A DNA stretch of 64,000 bases from a virus (lineage: Duplodnaviria > Caudoviricetes), in IMG/VR virus record IMGVR_UViG_3300012018_000002, positions 1 through 64,000 of that record. The stretch is one strand, 5' to 3'. The notes beneath the pieces are model-generated. The model was not told the origin of the DNA. It worked only from the letters and a program-made list of their open reading frames with translations, and did not search any database. Shown here piece by piece: positions 20,255 through 30,660 of the stretch. Position 1 is the first letter of the stretch. Each line of letters opens with the position of its first letter. The position numbers and the translations under genes are program-made.

Positions 20255-21396
20255 TATATACTATTAGCTAATGTATAAATACCTTCCAAATAAGAAGGTG
20301 TTATATCCTTTTTTTTCAATTCATAAAAATGACCTACTATAGGGTCAATTAACATAGGAATTCTAATATTAGCACTCCCATATCTATTTTTTATTATATA
20401 TAAAGCTCTTAATTTATCGTTTAATCTTCCTGTATCATATATACCTATCTTAGCTACATCATACAGTGCAGGGTCTACTAAACCCATTACTACGTCTGCA
20501 TCTCTATAAGTATATTTACTATCACCAAAGTCTAATCTTTGAGGTGATATACTATGTTCTGACTGTTGTTTTCTGTAGGTAGATGATAGTTCAGTATTAA
20601 ATTGTTGAACAACAATTGCTGACATATTACATCTATTCCTAAAGTAAACTATATATTCTGATATTTTATCAATATTCTGCTTAGTTTCAAATCCTCTTTC
20701 TATGTGTGCTAATGCAATGTGGTCTATAACAGTTAATACTATTACAGAATTATCATTAGTCACATAACCAACAAGTTTATCCTTTTTGGTTTTTGTCACT
20801 CTATCTATATATTCTTCATACTGAAATTCTCCAAGTGATTCCATTAATTCAAACCATAATTTATACATCCCTGTAGGATTTAATGGTTCGTCTATAAAAT
20901 AAATATTTCTAAAGAATTCATCTACTTCTTCAGAAACATCAATTATCATTTGTAATTCTTCTTTTGTGAGTTTTTCATCTCCATCCTCTCCTAATATTTT
21001 ACTAGAAGATAATCTATATCCTTTTCTTTTATAAACTAGAAAAGAAGTAACTTTTGCTCTTTTTGGTGTTTTGGCTATCTCAAATGAGAAATAAGGTATT
21101 ATAAGTTTAATTCCTTTTTCTTTACAATAAAAATACAATTCTAAGACAAATACAAAATCTGCAAACGTTGTCTTTCCAGCACCACTTTCTGCTCCTATAA
21201 GATAATATCTACCTTTCTGGACACCTTTTAATACACTATTAAATTCTGGCAAATCCGCACACTTCATACCTGCATTTTTACCTTTAAGACCCTCTGTTAC
21301 ATCATATAAAATAGAATCTCTATTAGCTCTTATATTTACAAGTAATTCATCATAAATCTCATTTCCACTTATTAAATACTCCTGTGCTTGTTCCAT
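20254..21396 (-). CDS. DnaB-like replicative helicase
   Basis: GAESGAGKT, FSFE, VIDH, VQQFN, DADVV, KNRYG. Confidence 0.88.
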   Translation of the reverse strand: MEQAQEYLISGNEIYDELLVNIRANRDSILYDVTEGLKGKNAGMKCADLPEFNSVLKGVQKGRYYLIGAESGAGKTTFADFVFVLELYFYCKEKGIKLIIPYFSFEIAKTPKRAKVTSFLVYKRKGYRLSSSKILGEDGDEKLTKEELQMIIDVSEEVDEFFRNIYFIDEPLNPTGMYKLWFELMESLGEFQYEEYIDRVTKTKKDKLVGYVTNDNSVIVLTVIDHIALAHIERGFETKQNIDKISEYIVYFRNRCNMSAIVVQQFNTELSSTYRKQQSEHSISPQRLDFGDSKYTYRDADVVMGLVDPALYDVAKIGIYDTGRLNDKLRALYIIKNRYGSANIRIPMLIDPIVGHFYELKKKDITPSYLEGIYTLANSI

Positions 21397-21862
21397 TTTT
21401 TAAATTTTCACATTCAGTGGCTAAATCAGAACCTCTATCTTTCTTATAAATAAAATAATGAGCTTGAGGTATCCAATCTTTTTTACCTTTAGCAATATGT
21501 CTTTCAATCATGTTTTTAGTAGCTTGAAGTATTTCTTCATTAGTAAATTTAAATTCCTTTTTAAATTTATTCATATTATGAATACATTGCTTCAAATTAC
21601 CTCTAAAATTTTTTTCATAAATTTCACTCTCTCCTTCAGGAAAAAGTAATCTATAATCAGTAATAAAATCATTACCAATTACATTATTAACTAGTTTATC
21701 AATATCTGTTATTATCTTAAACACAACTTGTTTAGTGCAAATAGAAAGACCTCCTTCACTTAAAACATTACCGCTTGTTATATTATAACCTTCTAAGTGT
21801 TGGAAGTCTTCTTTCTCACCTTCAATTATTAATTGATTATTTTCAAATTTAAGAACTATCAT
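21359..21862 (-). CDS. Hypothetical protein upstream of helicase (possible loader/initiator)
   Basis: 167-aa ORF overlapping the helicase start; function inferred from position only. Confidence 0.5.
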   Translation of the reverse strand: MIVLKFENNQLIIEGEKEDFQHLEGYNITSGNVLSEGGLSICTKQVVFKIITDIDKLVNNVIGNDFITDYRLLFPEGESEIYEKNFRGNLKQCIHNMNKFKKEFKFTNEEILQATKNMIERHIAKGKKDWIPQAHYFIYKKDRGSDLATECENLKNGTSTGVFNKWK

Positions 21863-23130
21863 AACTTTTGTAACCTATCTTTAGACAGAGAATATGACCT
21901 ATCTATTTTATCTCCAAGAAATTTATATTCTTGAAATTGTGTATCTTTTGACTTATCTACTTTATAACAAAAGCTTCCTTCATATAAATATAGTTCTTTA
22001 TCAGGATGTTGATTTTTGATATAAGTTATTTTATCAACAATTACATCCTTAAATACATAACTTATCTTTTTTTGGTTTAGTGATTTACAAGCTTCTTCAG
22101 TCCAATTTTCACTCATTGTATTAATAATACAAATAAGATGAACATTACACTTTTCATCATCTACATCACCAAGCTGTAAACCTCTTCCTAATTTTTGTTG
22201 AAAATCTTCTGTATTTGAAGTAATAGTATGACAAACAATATTATTTAAATGATTGATTGTAATACCTTCATTTATAACATTTACTGTAGACAAATGTCCT
22301 TTATCAGCTAGTTTAAACTCTTCTAATACATTAGTATTTTTCTTTGATTTAGAGTGAAATGATTTCTCAGATAATTCATCTGCAACTTCAGTTCTTAATG
22401 CAAATATAAGCACTTTTTCATCTTTTAAAGACTCTATAAGCTTTTTAGCATATTCCTTGGTTACATTTGTATTATAAAGTAAATTAGTTCTTAATCCAAT
22501 ATACTTTGTTTTTATCATTTCATACTTCTTTACTTCCAATTTATTATTTGGTATTTCCTGAGCTATTAACTTGTTGGTTTCTGCCCAATCAATAGTAGAA
22601 GTATATTTATCATAGTTTATTCTATCAATAGTATCTAAAGATACTCGATGAATATAAATATGATAATCTTTAACTAATTTATCATTAATAGCATTTTCTA
22701 AATCATATTCAACTACAATAGGAATACCTTTGTTTCTCCAATATCTTTTCTTGGTAAACTTTAGTGTTCCTGTAATTAAAAGTAATCTTTTATCTACTAT
22801 TTTAAATAAACTTTCAATGTTTTTTGCGCTAAGTTTGTGCATCTCATCTACGATGATATAATCAAACTTCTCATTGATTTTATGTAATGAAGCAAATGTA
22901 GAATAAGAGATATTATTACTTTTTACTCCAAACTTTTTAATATCTCTTAACCAACTATCTTTTATAACTACTCTAGGATAACAAATTAATACTTTGTCAT
23001 TTTCTTGAATAGTCATAAGACCTACTTTAGTTTTTCCAAACCTTATAGAGCTTCTTAAAATTGCTTTCGGATACTTTTTAAGTTTTTCTGAAAAGTCTTC
23101 TTGTTTTCTACCTCTTATTTCGTTGTTCAT
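21859..23130 (-). CDS. Superfamily 2 (DExH) helicase
   Basis: RFGKT, DEMH, TGT, NEGI, QKLGR. Confidence 0.85.
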   Translation of the reverse strand: MNNEIRGRKQEDFSEKLKKYPKAILRSSIRFGKTKVGLMTIQENDKVLICYPRVVIKDSWLRDIKKFGVKSNNISYSTFASLHKINEKFDYIIVDEMHKLSAKNIESLFKIVDKRLLLITGTLKFTKKRYWRNKGIPIVVEYDLENAINDKLVKDYHIYIHRVSLDTIDRINYDKYTSTIDWAETNKLIAQEIPNNKLEVKKYEMIKTKYIGLRTNLLYNTNVTKEYAKKLIESLKDEKVLIFALRTEVADELSEKSFHSKSKKNTNVLEEFKLADKGHLSTVNVINEGITINHLNNIVCHTITSNTEDFQQKLGRGLQLGDVDDEKCNVHLICIINTMSENWTEEACKSLNQKKISYVFKDVIVDKITYIKNQHPDKELYLYEGSFCYKVDKSKDTQFQEYKFLGDKIDRSYSLSKDRLQKL

Positions 23131-23140
23131 ATTTTGTTTT

Positions 23141-23560
23141 TTACCAAAGATAATTTATACCGACACCTATTGAAGATGTAATTGGACTATTTGATGCAAA
23201 ATTGAGTGTCCATGATACTTGTGGATAAAAATGTTCCCATTTTGTATAATATACTACAGGTCCTGTTTCAGCAGAAAGCATTGTAGTAAAAACATTTACT
23301 TTCATTGCAGCGTATTCATAGATACTAAAATCACCAAAACTAACTATCCAACCATACATCTTAAAAGATACAAGGTTTGAACTGTCAATACCTGGAGTAA
23401 ATTCATCTCCAAGACCTAAAGCTATAGTTTGATTATAATAACCAACTTCAGCTCCATAAGTAAAGTCACCCTGACAAACAGAGCTTCCTGCACCCACATA
23501 AACCTGTGAGCTACATGCTAATCCTAATGCCATAAGGCAAGTAAATAAATATTTTCTCAT
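23141..23560 (-). CDS. Secreted small outer-membrane beta-barrel-like protein
   Basis: Signal peptide followed by Q (ACSS-Q), alternating amphipathic strands, C-terminal GVGINYLW beta-signal. Confidence 0.55.
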   Translation of the reverse strand: MRKYLFTCLMALGLACSSQVYVGAGSSVCQGDFTYGAEVGYYNQTIALGLGDEFTPGIDSSNLVSFKMYGWIVSFGDFSIYEYAAMKVNVFTTMLSAETGPVVYYTKWEHFYPQVSWTLNFASNSPITSSIGVGINYLW

Positions 23561-24375
23561 ATTGTTTTAAATAATTGTTTTATATCCCCTACGAGATTGT
23601 TAAATAATAAGTTATTACCTAATCCTGGTTGCCAAGCTAAACCCATTTCTGCTAAGTTATACTGCTTAATAATTACAGCACCTTCAATTTGTTCAAGTTC
23701 TCCAGCTTCTTCAATTTTATCAGAGTTTAAACCAAATTCATGTCCTATAATCCAAGCAGAATCACTTACTAATAAACTAGATTCTATATCATGTGAAATA
23801 ATGATAATAGTATTAAGTTCATTAAAATTAGCTACTTTTGTAATGATTTCACAAAGTTTCTGTTTATTAACATAATCAAGCCCTGAGAATGGTTCATCCA
23901 TAAGGATAATTTTACCACTAGAAGAAGTTGTTAATAATTGTTGAATAATTGCAACTCTCTGTCTTTGTCCACCTGAAAGTTCATTAGGAAACTTGTTTTT
24001 ATGCTCAGTTAAACCAAATTCTTGGAGGTAATATTCTATATGTGCTTTATCATTTGTTACAGCTTTAAGATTTCCTAATAAAGTTCTGTGTGGTAACAAA
24101 GGATAATTTTGAGCAACTACACCTATTTCACCAGGTTTTACTGGTTTACCAAATGCTGTAACTTGCCCACTTGTAGGTTGTTGTAATCCTGCAATTATTT
24201 TAAATAATTGAGTTTTACCAACACCTGACTTGCCTATTACTGAACAAACTTGTCCAGTAGTAGAACCTTCTCTGACAATATCTTTGATTTCAAAATTAAT
24301 ATCACGAAGAATTAATCTATTATATCTTATTGATATGTGTTCAGCTTTTAGTATTGTTTCTCCTAATTTCATCAA
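23557..24375 (-). CDS. ABC transporter ATP-binding protein (NitT/TauT-like)
   Basis: GKSGVGKT, Q-loop, LSGGQRQR, ILMDEPFS.LD, SHD. Confidence 0.93.
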   Translation of the reverse strand: MMKLGETILKAEHISIRYNRLILRDINFEIKDIVREGSTTGQVCSVIGKSGVGKTQLFKIIAGLQQPTSGQVTAFGKPVKPGEIGVVAQNYPLLPHRTLLGNLKAVTNDKAHIEYYLQEFGLTEHKNKFPNELSGGQRQRVAIIQQLLTTSSSGKIILMDEPFSGLDYVNKQKLCEIITKVANFNELNTIIIISHDIESSLLVSDSAWIIGHEFGLNSDKIEEAGELEQIEGAVIIKQYNLAEMGLAWQPGLGNNLLFNNLVGDIKQLFKTI

Positions 24376-24826
24376 TTGCTAATTTTAAAGCTTTTATCCT
24401 TGGTCTTAATGCTCCTGGTTTCCACCAATAATTTGTTCCTTTAAACATAATTTGAGGTTTTTGTTTGTATAAATAAGGTAAGTTTTCTTTAATATTAGTA
24501 TTAAAGTAATTACAAAAACCCAGATTTACATAAAGACTTTTTCTTATTAAAGGATTAAAAAAAGCTCTTCGATAATCAGATAAAGCTTTTTTATATATTT
24601 CCAATTCAGTTTTAGTAATATTTCTTGTGATTTTATATCTTTTATTTATTTCATCACAAATAGCTATAATAAGAACACCTGGTAAGAATGTTACTGTAAG
24701 ACCAACAAATATAGACCAAGCAACATTATCTCCAGATACTAAACTAAAATACAATAAGCCAAAATAAAGACCCAATATAATAATAGAATATAACATTATT
24801 TGAAAATTTTTCATAAAATTTCTCAT
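24341..24826 (-). CDS. Membrane protein, phage-type hypothetical inserted in the ABC operon
   Basis: Two N-terminal TM helices. Confidence 0.6.
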   Translation of the reverse strand: MRNFMKNFQIMLYSIIILGLYFGLLYFSLVSGDNVAWSIFVGLTVTFLPGVLIIAICDEINKRYKITRNITKTELEIYKKALSDYRRAFFNPLIRKSLYVNLGFCNYFNTNIKENLPYLYKQKPQIMFKGTNYWWKPGALRPRIKALKLAIDEIRRNNTKS

Positions 24827-25584
24827 TTGTATAAACTTGAATATGTGAATATAAATTTACCAGTTACTTTAAATAACCAATCTACAAATATTCCTGTTAA
24901 TAAAATAATAAATTGAATTGACCAAAGCCAATCCATTCTTTTGTATTTGTCAGCTTCTGTAAGTAATACACCTATTCCACCAGATGATTTAGCTAAAAAT
25001 TCTATTGCTGGAAGCATTACCCATGCTATAGCAAATGTTTGTTTCATGATTTCCCATATCTTATCAGTTCTTGACAATAAGTTAATTTCAAGACTAGTTT
25101 TCCATACGTTAAAACCTAATGTTTTAGCATAATCTAGTTCTTCTTGTTTAGGTGAGGTAATTTCTGCTTCGATGGCTGTAATAAGAAATGTAGATATAGC
25201 GAAAACCATTAATACTAATTTTTGTGTATCAACTCCATCTACTAAAATTAATATATAAAATGAAAGACCTAATATACCTAAAAATCTAAACTTTATTATT
25301 GTTTTTATAATAGGTTTAAATAAAGGTATAAGAGATAAATAAGATATAAATATACTAATTAAAGTGGCAATGAATAAACATTTTAAAATAAAAGCCAAAG
25401 AAACCAAAAAATGAAATACTAAATTATTGTTCTTGTATAGATATACAATTCCTTCTAATAACCCAATTGGACTTGATATTAAATTAAATCCAAATAAAAC
25501 CCAATAAGATAAAAATAAAAATAACTGAGCTACTATCAACCACTTTGTAGTTGAACTAGTAATTTTTTGGTTTGGATATATCAT
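24823..25584 (-). CDS. ABC transporter permease (NitT/TauT-like)
   Basis: About 6 TM segments, EAA-like loop LDYAKTLG, E....GGIG.L. Confidence 0.85.
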   Translation of the reverse strand: MIYPNQKITSSTTKWLIVAQLFLFLSYWVLFGFNLISSPIGLLEGIVYLYKNNNLVFHFLVSLAFILKCLFIATLISIFISYLSLIPLFKPIIKTIIKFRFLGILGLSFYILILVDGVDTQKLVLMVFAISTFLITAIEAEITSPKQEELDYAKTLGFNVWKTSLEINLLSRTDKIWEIMKQTFAIAWVMLPAIEFLAKSSGGIGVLLTEADKYKRMDWLWSIQFIILLTGIFVDWLFKVTGKFIFTYSSLYK

Positions 25585-25679
25585 TTAAAAATATTTTTCA
25601 TCATATCAACAAAGTCTTGGATGTTTTTGTGGAAAAAATAACCAACAAAAAATCCTATAAATAACATTATAATAGACAT
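25581..25679 (-). CDS. Tiny membrane peptide (32 aa)
   Basis: MSIIMLFIGFFVGYFFHKNIQDFVDMMKNIFK; stop overlaps the permease start. Confidence 0.45.
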   Translation of the reverse strand: MSIIMLFIGFFVGYFFHKNIQDFVDMMKNIFK

Positions 25680-25828
25680 AACTATTTTTTAAAGATTTTA
25701 ATTAAAATTGTTTTAAAATTCTTACTAAGATAAGAAAATATAATAGGTATCATAACACCAAAAATACTTTCTTCAATAATAGAATTTATAATTTCTTTTA
25801 GTGTCATAATATAAAAATTAAAGGAAGA

Positions 25829-25862
25829 TTTAAAGGAGTATATATTTCAATACTCCTTTAAA
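25829..25862. terminator. Perfect hairpin, possible terminator or processing site inside the ABC module
   Basis: TTTAAAGGAGTAT...ATACTCCTTTAAA inverted repeat. Confidence 0.5.
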
Positions 25863-25961
25863 TATCACTAGAGGTAGATTCAAACTCCTCTTCCGTGTTA
25901 TTAGGTAGAGCCTCCCATTGGAGCTTTATAATAACCGATAGGAAACTTCAGTTAGTAATAT

Positions 25962-27761
25962 TTATCTTCCTAGTTTTATTTCCACTCTTCTATTCAATGC
26001 TCTAACTGTAGCATTATCTTGATTTGCAGTTGGGTCTAAAGGCTTTTTAGAACCATAACCATAAAAAGAAATTCTTGATGATAAATCAGGATTTCTATTA
26101 GTAAGATAATTAACAACAGCTTCAGCTCTTGCTTTTGATAGTGGAATATTTACATCATCAGAACCTATATTATCTGTATGTCCTGAGATTTCAACCATTA
26201 AGTTTTCAGATATAGTTAACTGGTCAGCTAAATCATTTAATAATTTAAAGGATTCAGGCTTAATAGTTGCACTACCTGTAGAAAACTCAATAGAATAAGA
26301 TGCTTTAGCAAAGGTTTCTGTAATTCTATCACCTTTTGTAAAAGTAGGTGTAGATACACTACCTGCAGTTGCTTTATTTTTTGTATAAGCTACTCTTAGA
26401 TATTCAAAGTTTACACTTTCTTCATAAGTAGCTACTGTAGGAAATAATTCAGGATAAGTTTCAAGTAATATATTACCAAAAGTTTCAAATACTGATTTAT
26501 ATTTATCACCACCCCCAGTAATTCCTACATAATTAGCAGCATCAGCTAAATTAAATACTCTTGAACCACCTATTTCAACTTCATTACCTAAATCATCAGT
26601 ATAAGAATAACCTTTGTATCCATTATACCAATCTTTAGCTGTTAAATTAGGGTCAGCAAATACAATTTCAGCTATTTCAGTAGCAAATGTAAGAGCTCTA
26701 TCATGAGATTTAACCTGATTACCACCTTCACCAACTATTTCACAGAATTTAATCATTAAATCTTTATTCTGTTCTGCCCAAAATTTATTAAATATAAAAG
26801 CAGTAGCCATTTGTGAACTGTAATCTTTAGTAGAAGCTGCAGTAACTAAACCACCTCTTCCTTCAACAGCAATTTTATCTGCTGGAAACCAAGTAGCTAC
26901 ACCAGTAATTGCAATTGTAGTATCTCTACCAGTATCTTTACCATTTTTAACAAGTCTTAATGTTACTTTTTTACCAGCTACATATTGACTTGAAGATTGC
27001 ATATAATCACTATTTGGAGCTTCTATAAAGTTAGCTGCATCAGGGTCATAAGTTCCTTCATCATTATTAACAGGAATTCCTTTTTGTTTACAGTTTAAGA
27101 TAGCAATATTCCAATCACCATCTCTTTTAACTGTTACAGTAAGTGAACCTCTTGGGTCTTTCTTATACTTAGGAGTAAGTAACCACTTATCTTCACCAAA
27201 TGAAGCACCACCAAACATCATTACCTGGAAAGTATATTCAGGTCCTAATTCTTTAGTAATTAATTCATTTAATGGGTCAAGATAACCGTGAACACCATCT
27301 CCCATCCAAGCAGTAAAATGTATACCCGATGTAGGATTATTATTACCTTCAGCTAATGCTTGTGCAAATTCATATAATCTATTAGATTGAATCATACATG
27401 AATTCTGAACATCTAATTTGATATTTAAATTAGCAGCTTCAGCAAGTGAGCCTACTGATGTATTTTTACCACCTACTGCATATAATAAACCTAATTGACC
27501 ATTCCAACCCATAATTTCACCACGAATTTCTTTTGAATCTACTTTATCAGAAGGTTCATTAAATTCAGGAATTTCTTTATAGACAGCATTAGCATCTTTA
27601 TCATACGCTAATGGTGGAACATTAATTTCTGATTTAATTTCTGCACTCTTTTTTATCTTTCTAGGCATCAAATCTTTTAATAAAAAGATTCCGCCTACAA
27701 GTAATGAGAAAAAGAGAATAAACATTACAATTCTACCTTTTTTTGTTAAATTCTTAAACAT
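25962..27761 (-). CDS. Membrane-anchored substrate-binding-like domain fused to a C-terminal OmpA-like peptidoglycan-binding domain
   Basis: N-terminal TM; C-terminal IEF.TGSA.I, ISGHTDN.G...N..LS..RA.AV, GYG...P, NRRVEI. Confidence 0.8.
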   Translation of the reverse strand: MFKNLTKKGRIVMFILFFSLLVGGIFLLKDLMPRKIKKSAEIKSEINVPPLAYDKDANAVYKEIPEFNEPSDKVDSKEIRGEIMGWNGQLGLLYAVGGKNTSVGSLAEAANLNIKLDVQNSCMIQSNRLYEFAQALAEGNNNPTSGIHFTAWMGDGVHGYLDPLNELITKELGPEYTFQVMMFGGASFGEDKWLLTPKYKKDPRGSLTVTVKRDGDWNIAILNCKQKGIPVNNDEGTYDPDAANFIEAPNSDYMQSSSQYVAGKKVTLRLVKNGKDTGRDTTIAITGVATWFPADKIAVEGRGGLVTAASTKDYSSQMATAFIFNKFWAEQNKDLMIKFCEIVGEGGNQVKSHDRALTFATEIAEIVFADPNLTAKDWYNGYKGYSYTDDLGNEVEIGGSRVFNLADAANYVGITGGGDKYKSVFETFGNILLETYPELFPTVATYEESVNFEYLRVAYTKNKATAGSVSTPTFTKGDRITETFAKASYSIEFSTGSATIKPESFKLLNDLADQLTISENLMVEISGHTDNIGSDDVNIPLSKARAEAVVNYLTNRNPDLSSRISFYGYGSKKPLDPTANQDNATVRALNRRVEIKLGR

Positions 27762-27769
27762 GTTTTTTC

Positions 27770-28705
27770 TTATTTTAATAAATGACTATATTGTATTTGT
27801 TTTTCAATAATTTGTGGTTTAGTAATCCAATCACTAGGTAATAAAAGATTATCACCTAATGCACTTTGTAAAGCATCTAAACCATCAGTTCTATTTGCTG
27901 CTTTTTCAACATCAATAGCTTCCATGATATTTTTAGAATTCTTTTCAAATTCATTAATAAAAGCAATCTTTTCACTAACATTTGCTTCTAAAGCAACGAT
28001 AGATTCTTTATAAATTCTACCTTCTTCGGTATTACCATTTATAAATTCAGTTGCTTGATTAAGAGCTTTAGCAGCATCTCTTAAAGCTTCATACTCAGTT
28101 CTTTTTCTTTGAATAGTAGATTCTAACTTACGAATACTATATTCCCAGTTTTCAGATACTTTATCGAGAAATGAAAGATTATATGACATTTTGTCATATA
28201 TAGGTTTATAAAGTTCTAAAGATTCTTTATTACCAACTAATAATTCACCATAATAAGAAGCTTGTTCCTTATTATTTATATTAATAGCTCCCTTACCAAG
28301 CCTGGTATTTTCTTCTAATTCATCTTTTGTTTGCTCTATTCTTCTTTCTAAAGCAACTTTCTTAGCCTGTAAATTAGTTTTAATCTTATCAAGATTTTCC
28401 TTTTTCTCTTTTAAAATATCTACATATCTTTCCATAAAAGATAAAGGGTCTAACTTAATAAAAAATCCTGTTATTTTTCGAGATATGTTTTTAAAACCCA
28501 TCCACAAAAACATTGGATTAATGAGAGCAAATGTTATAATACCAGCAAGTGGAACACCTACTCCTAAAAGATACCACATGTTATCAAGAAACTTATTAAT
28601 ATTAGGAGCAATTGCATTATATGCAAGTATGCCACCATAAGCTATACCAGCAATCATTAGAATTCTAATAATTTTTTCTGTATTTGTTGTTTTTTCAACT
28701 GACAT
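27770..28705 (-). CDS. Two-TM coiled-coil protein (PspA/IM30-like architecture)
   Basis: Two TM helices, DP motif, long heptad region. Confidence 0.5.
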   Translation of the reverse strand: MSVEKTTNTEKIIRILMIAGIAYGGILAYNAIAPNINKFLDNMWYLLGVGVPLAGIITFALINPMFLWMGFKNISRKITGFFIKLDPLSFMERYVDILKEKKENLDKIKTNLQAKKVALERRIEQTKDELEENTRLGKGAININNKEQASYYGELLVGNKESLELYKPIYDKMSYNLSFLDKVSENWEYSIRKLESTIQRKRTEYEALRDAAKALNQATEFINGNTEEGRIYKESIVALEANVSEKIAFINEFEKNSKNIMEAIDVEKAANRTDGLDALQSALGDNLLLPSDWITKPQIIEKQIQYSHLLK

Positions 28706-29315
28706 ACTGTTCTATTTTTTGAATGTTTTGATTAATTGATTGTTTAAATTGCTCCAATGTGCTATTAAAAGTAACTTCTTTTGTAGAAATTTCTTGTTTG
28801 TGTTGATTAATTTCAGCATTTAATACAATACTTCTTTGAGCATTATTATTAAGTTTTTCATTTAATTCACTAATAGCTTTTTGAATATCTTGATTATTTT
28901 TTGTAATATCATTTAATTCTTCCATTCTACTATCAACTTCCTGTTTTGTTAACTCAGAAATAGAAGCTTTAAAACCTGTAGCATGTTCATCAAGCTTAGT
29001 AATATAAAATCTAGCACTTTCAATAAGAGAAGCTTTAGTAACTCCTTGTGCTGCAAAACCTGCAAATACTGCTGCAAATTTTGAGTTTTCAGGAAGAGGC
29101 TGAGTTTCCATTGATTGAATTGCCTGGACAAATTCATAATAATCTGGTCCTTTTATATTATTTTGTTCTATTACAGATTTAAAAAATTCTGTAAATTTAT
29201 TATTATCTACTGGAAGTATTACAGTAGTATTAGAAACCTGCTCTTTTACAACAGGTTTCTTAACTTCTTCTTTTTTATTGTCTTCAACAAGACCAAGTTT
29301 TTTAAATAAACTCAT
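28695..29315 (-). CDS. Coiled-coil protein, first gene of the envelope module
   Basis: Amphipathic N-terminus, GPDYYEF, long coiled coil. Confidence 0.6.
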   Translation of the reverse strand: MSLFKKLGLVEDNKKEEVKKPVVKEQVSNTTVILPVDNNKFTEFFKSVIEQNNIKGPDYYEFVQAIQSMETQPLPENSKFAAVFAGFAAQGVTKASLIESARFYITKLDEHATGFKASISELTKQEVDSRMEELNDITKNNQDIQKAISELNEKLNNNAQRSIVLNAEINQHKQEISTKEVTFNSTLEQFKQSINQNIQKIEQYVS

Positions 29316-29839
29316 TTTGTTTTTTCTTTTGATAAATTATATAATTCAATAACTGTAACAAGTATAGTTTTACCTACTATTTTTAAATCGGTAATTTTAA
29401 ATGTTTTATTAATATAATCACCAACTGAATATATTACATCATCAGACTTTCTTTTTACTGAAAGAATTTTTGTTATAGCTTTATGTTTAATAAATTCATC
29501 AATAATATCAGAATGTGATTTATAATAATAAGAAGGATAAATTATACGACCACTTGATTTTGATTCAAAAAATATTTTATTTCCATTAATGGTAAAAATT
29601 CCTTTATTAGATTGATGTAAACCTTCTACTTTTAATAATTCAAAATCATATTCTTTTTCTACTACTTTTTCCCAATATTCAGGATGGTCAGTAGGACTAA
29701 AATCTGAATCACATTTCCAAAAATATTCTATATTTCTTTTATTTAAAAAATCAGAACTCCAATAAATTCCATTTTTATGTATCTCCAATCCTAATCTAGG
29801 AGAACCAGGATACGCTTTAATTAATTTGTATTTTTCCAT
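29312..29839 (-). CDS. Hypothetical phage protein
   Basis: 175-aa ORF. Confidence 0.65.
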   Translation of the reverse strand: MEKYKLIKAYPGSPRLGLEIHKNGIYWSSDFLNKRNIEYFWKCDSDFSPTDHPEYWEKVVEKEYDFELLKVEGLHQSNKGIFTINGNKIFFESKSSGRIIYPSYYYKSHSDIIDEFIKHKAITKILSVKRKSDDVIYSVGDYINKTFKITDLKIVGKTILVTVIELYNLSKEKTK

Positions 29840-29854
29840 ATTTTAATTTTTAAG

Positions 29855-29926
29855 TTTCCCCACGTAGAATCGAACTACGATATTCTCATTAAAAGTGAGA
29901 AGCTCTAGCCGTTGAGCTATAGGGAA
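29855..29926 (-). tRNA. tRNA-Lys(UUU)
   Basis: TTCCCTA/TGGGGAA acceptor, TCTCA-CTTTTAA-TGAGA anticodon arm, TTCGATT T-loop. Confidence 0.9.
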
Positions 29927-29937
29927 ATTAGAATTCA

Positions 29938-30660
29938 TTAGTCATTACTAAAGAATCCTATGTTATTATTTTCACCTGTATTTGCATAATTAACAGTTGC
30001 AGCACTTCTTGATAATGACATTTTAGACATAACTTTTTTAACACCTGCATTATCCGCAAAATAATTAACTATGTTACTAGCAAATATACCAATATTCTGA
30101 GCAGAAGCTTGAATATCAAGAAAATCACCAGCACCAATATAATTTATAGTAAAATTATAAGGTTGAGATTTAGCTCTTTCAACCAAAGTTTTAATTTTTC
30201 CTATATTACTTTTTGGATATTGTTTTGACCAATTCTCTTCACCATCTGTTATTACAGTAATAACTACTTGTTGTCCTTCAGTAAAAACTGACATAGCATG
30301 ATTAATAGCTGTTGCTAATGCATCATATAAAGCAGTCATACCATCAGGTCTATAGTCTACACCATTAACCCAAGGTTTTAAATCATTATTACGTATAGGA
30401 GAAACAAATGAATCAAACAATATAGTATTAGATTCAATATTTACAGTTTCAGATAATTTCTTTAAATTATCAAAGTATTCATTGATACTAGATACTGTTT
30501 GAGTTGATATTTTTCTCATACTAGCACTTTGGTCTATTACTAAATAATCTCTCGATAAAAGATTTTTCTTTTTTCTTTTAACAAGGTTATTTCTTTTTCT
30601 TGAACCTTCAGCAGATTTAGTAAATCTACCAAATTGGTCTCTTACATTATAGAAACTCAT
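29938..30660 (-). CDS. von Willebrand factor A domain protein
   Basis: DQSASM MIDAS, TALYDA, ITDGEEN. Confidence 0.85.
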   Translation of the reverse strand: MSFYNVRDQFGRFTKSAEGSRKRNNLVKRKKKNLLSRDYLVIDQSASMRKISTQTVSSINEYFDNLKKLSETVNIESNTILFDSFVSPIRNNDLKPWVNGVDYRPDGMTALYDALATAINHAMSVFTEGQQVVITVITDGEENWSKQYPKSNIGKIKTLVERAKSQPYNFTINYIGAGDFLDIQASAQNIGIFASNIVNYFADNAGVKKVMSKMSLSRSAATVNYANTGENNNIGFFSND

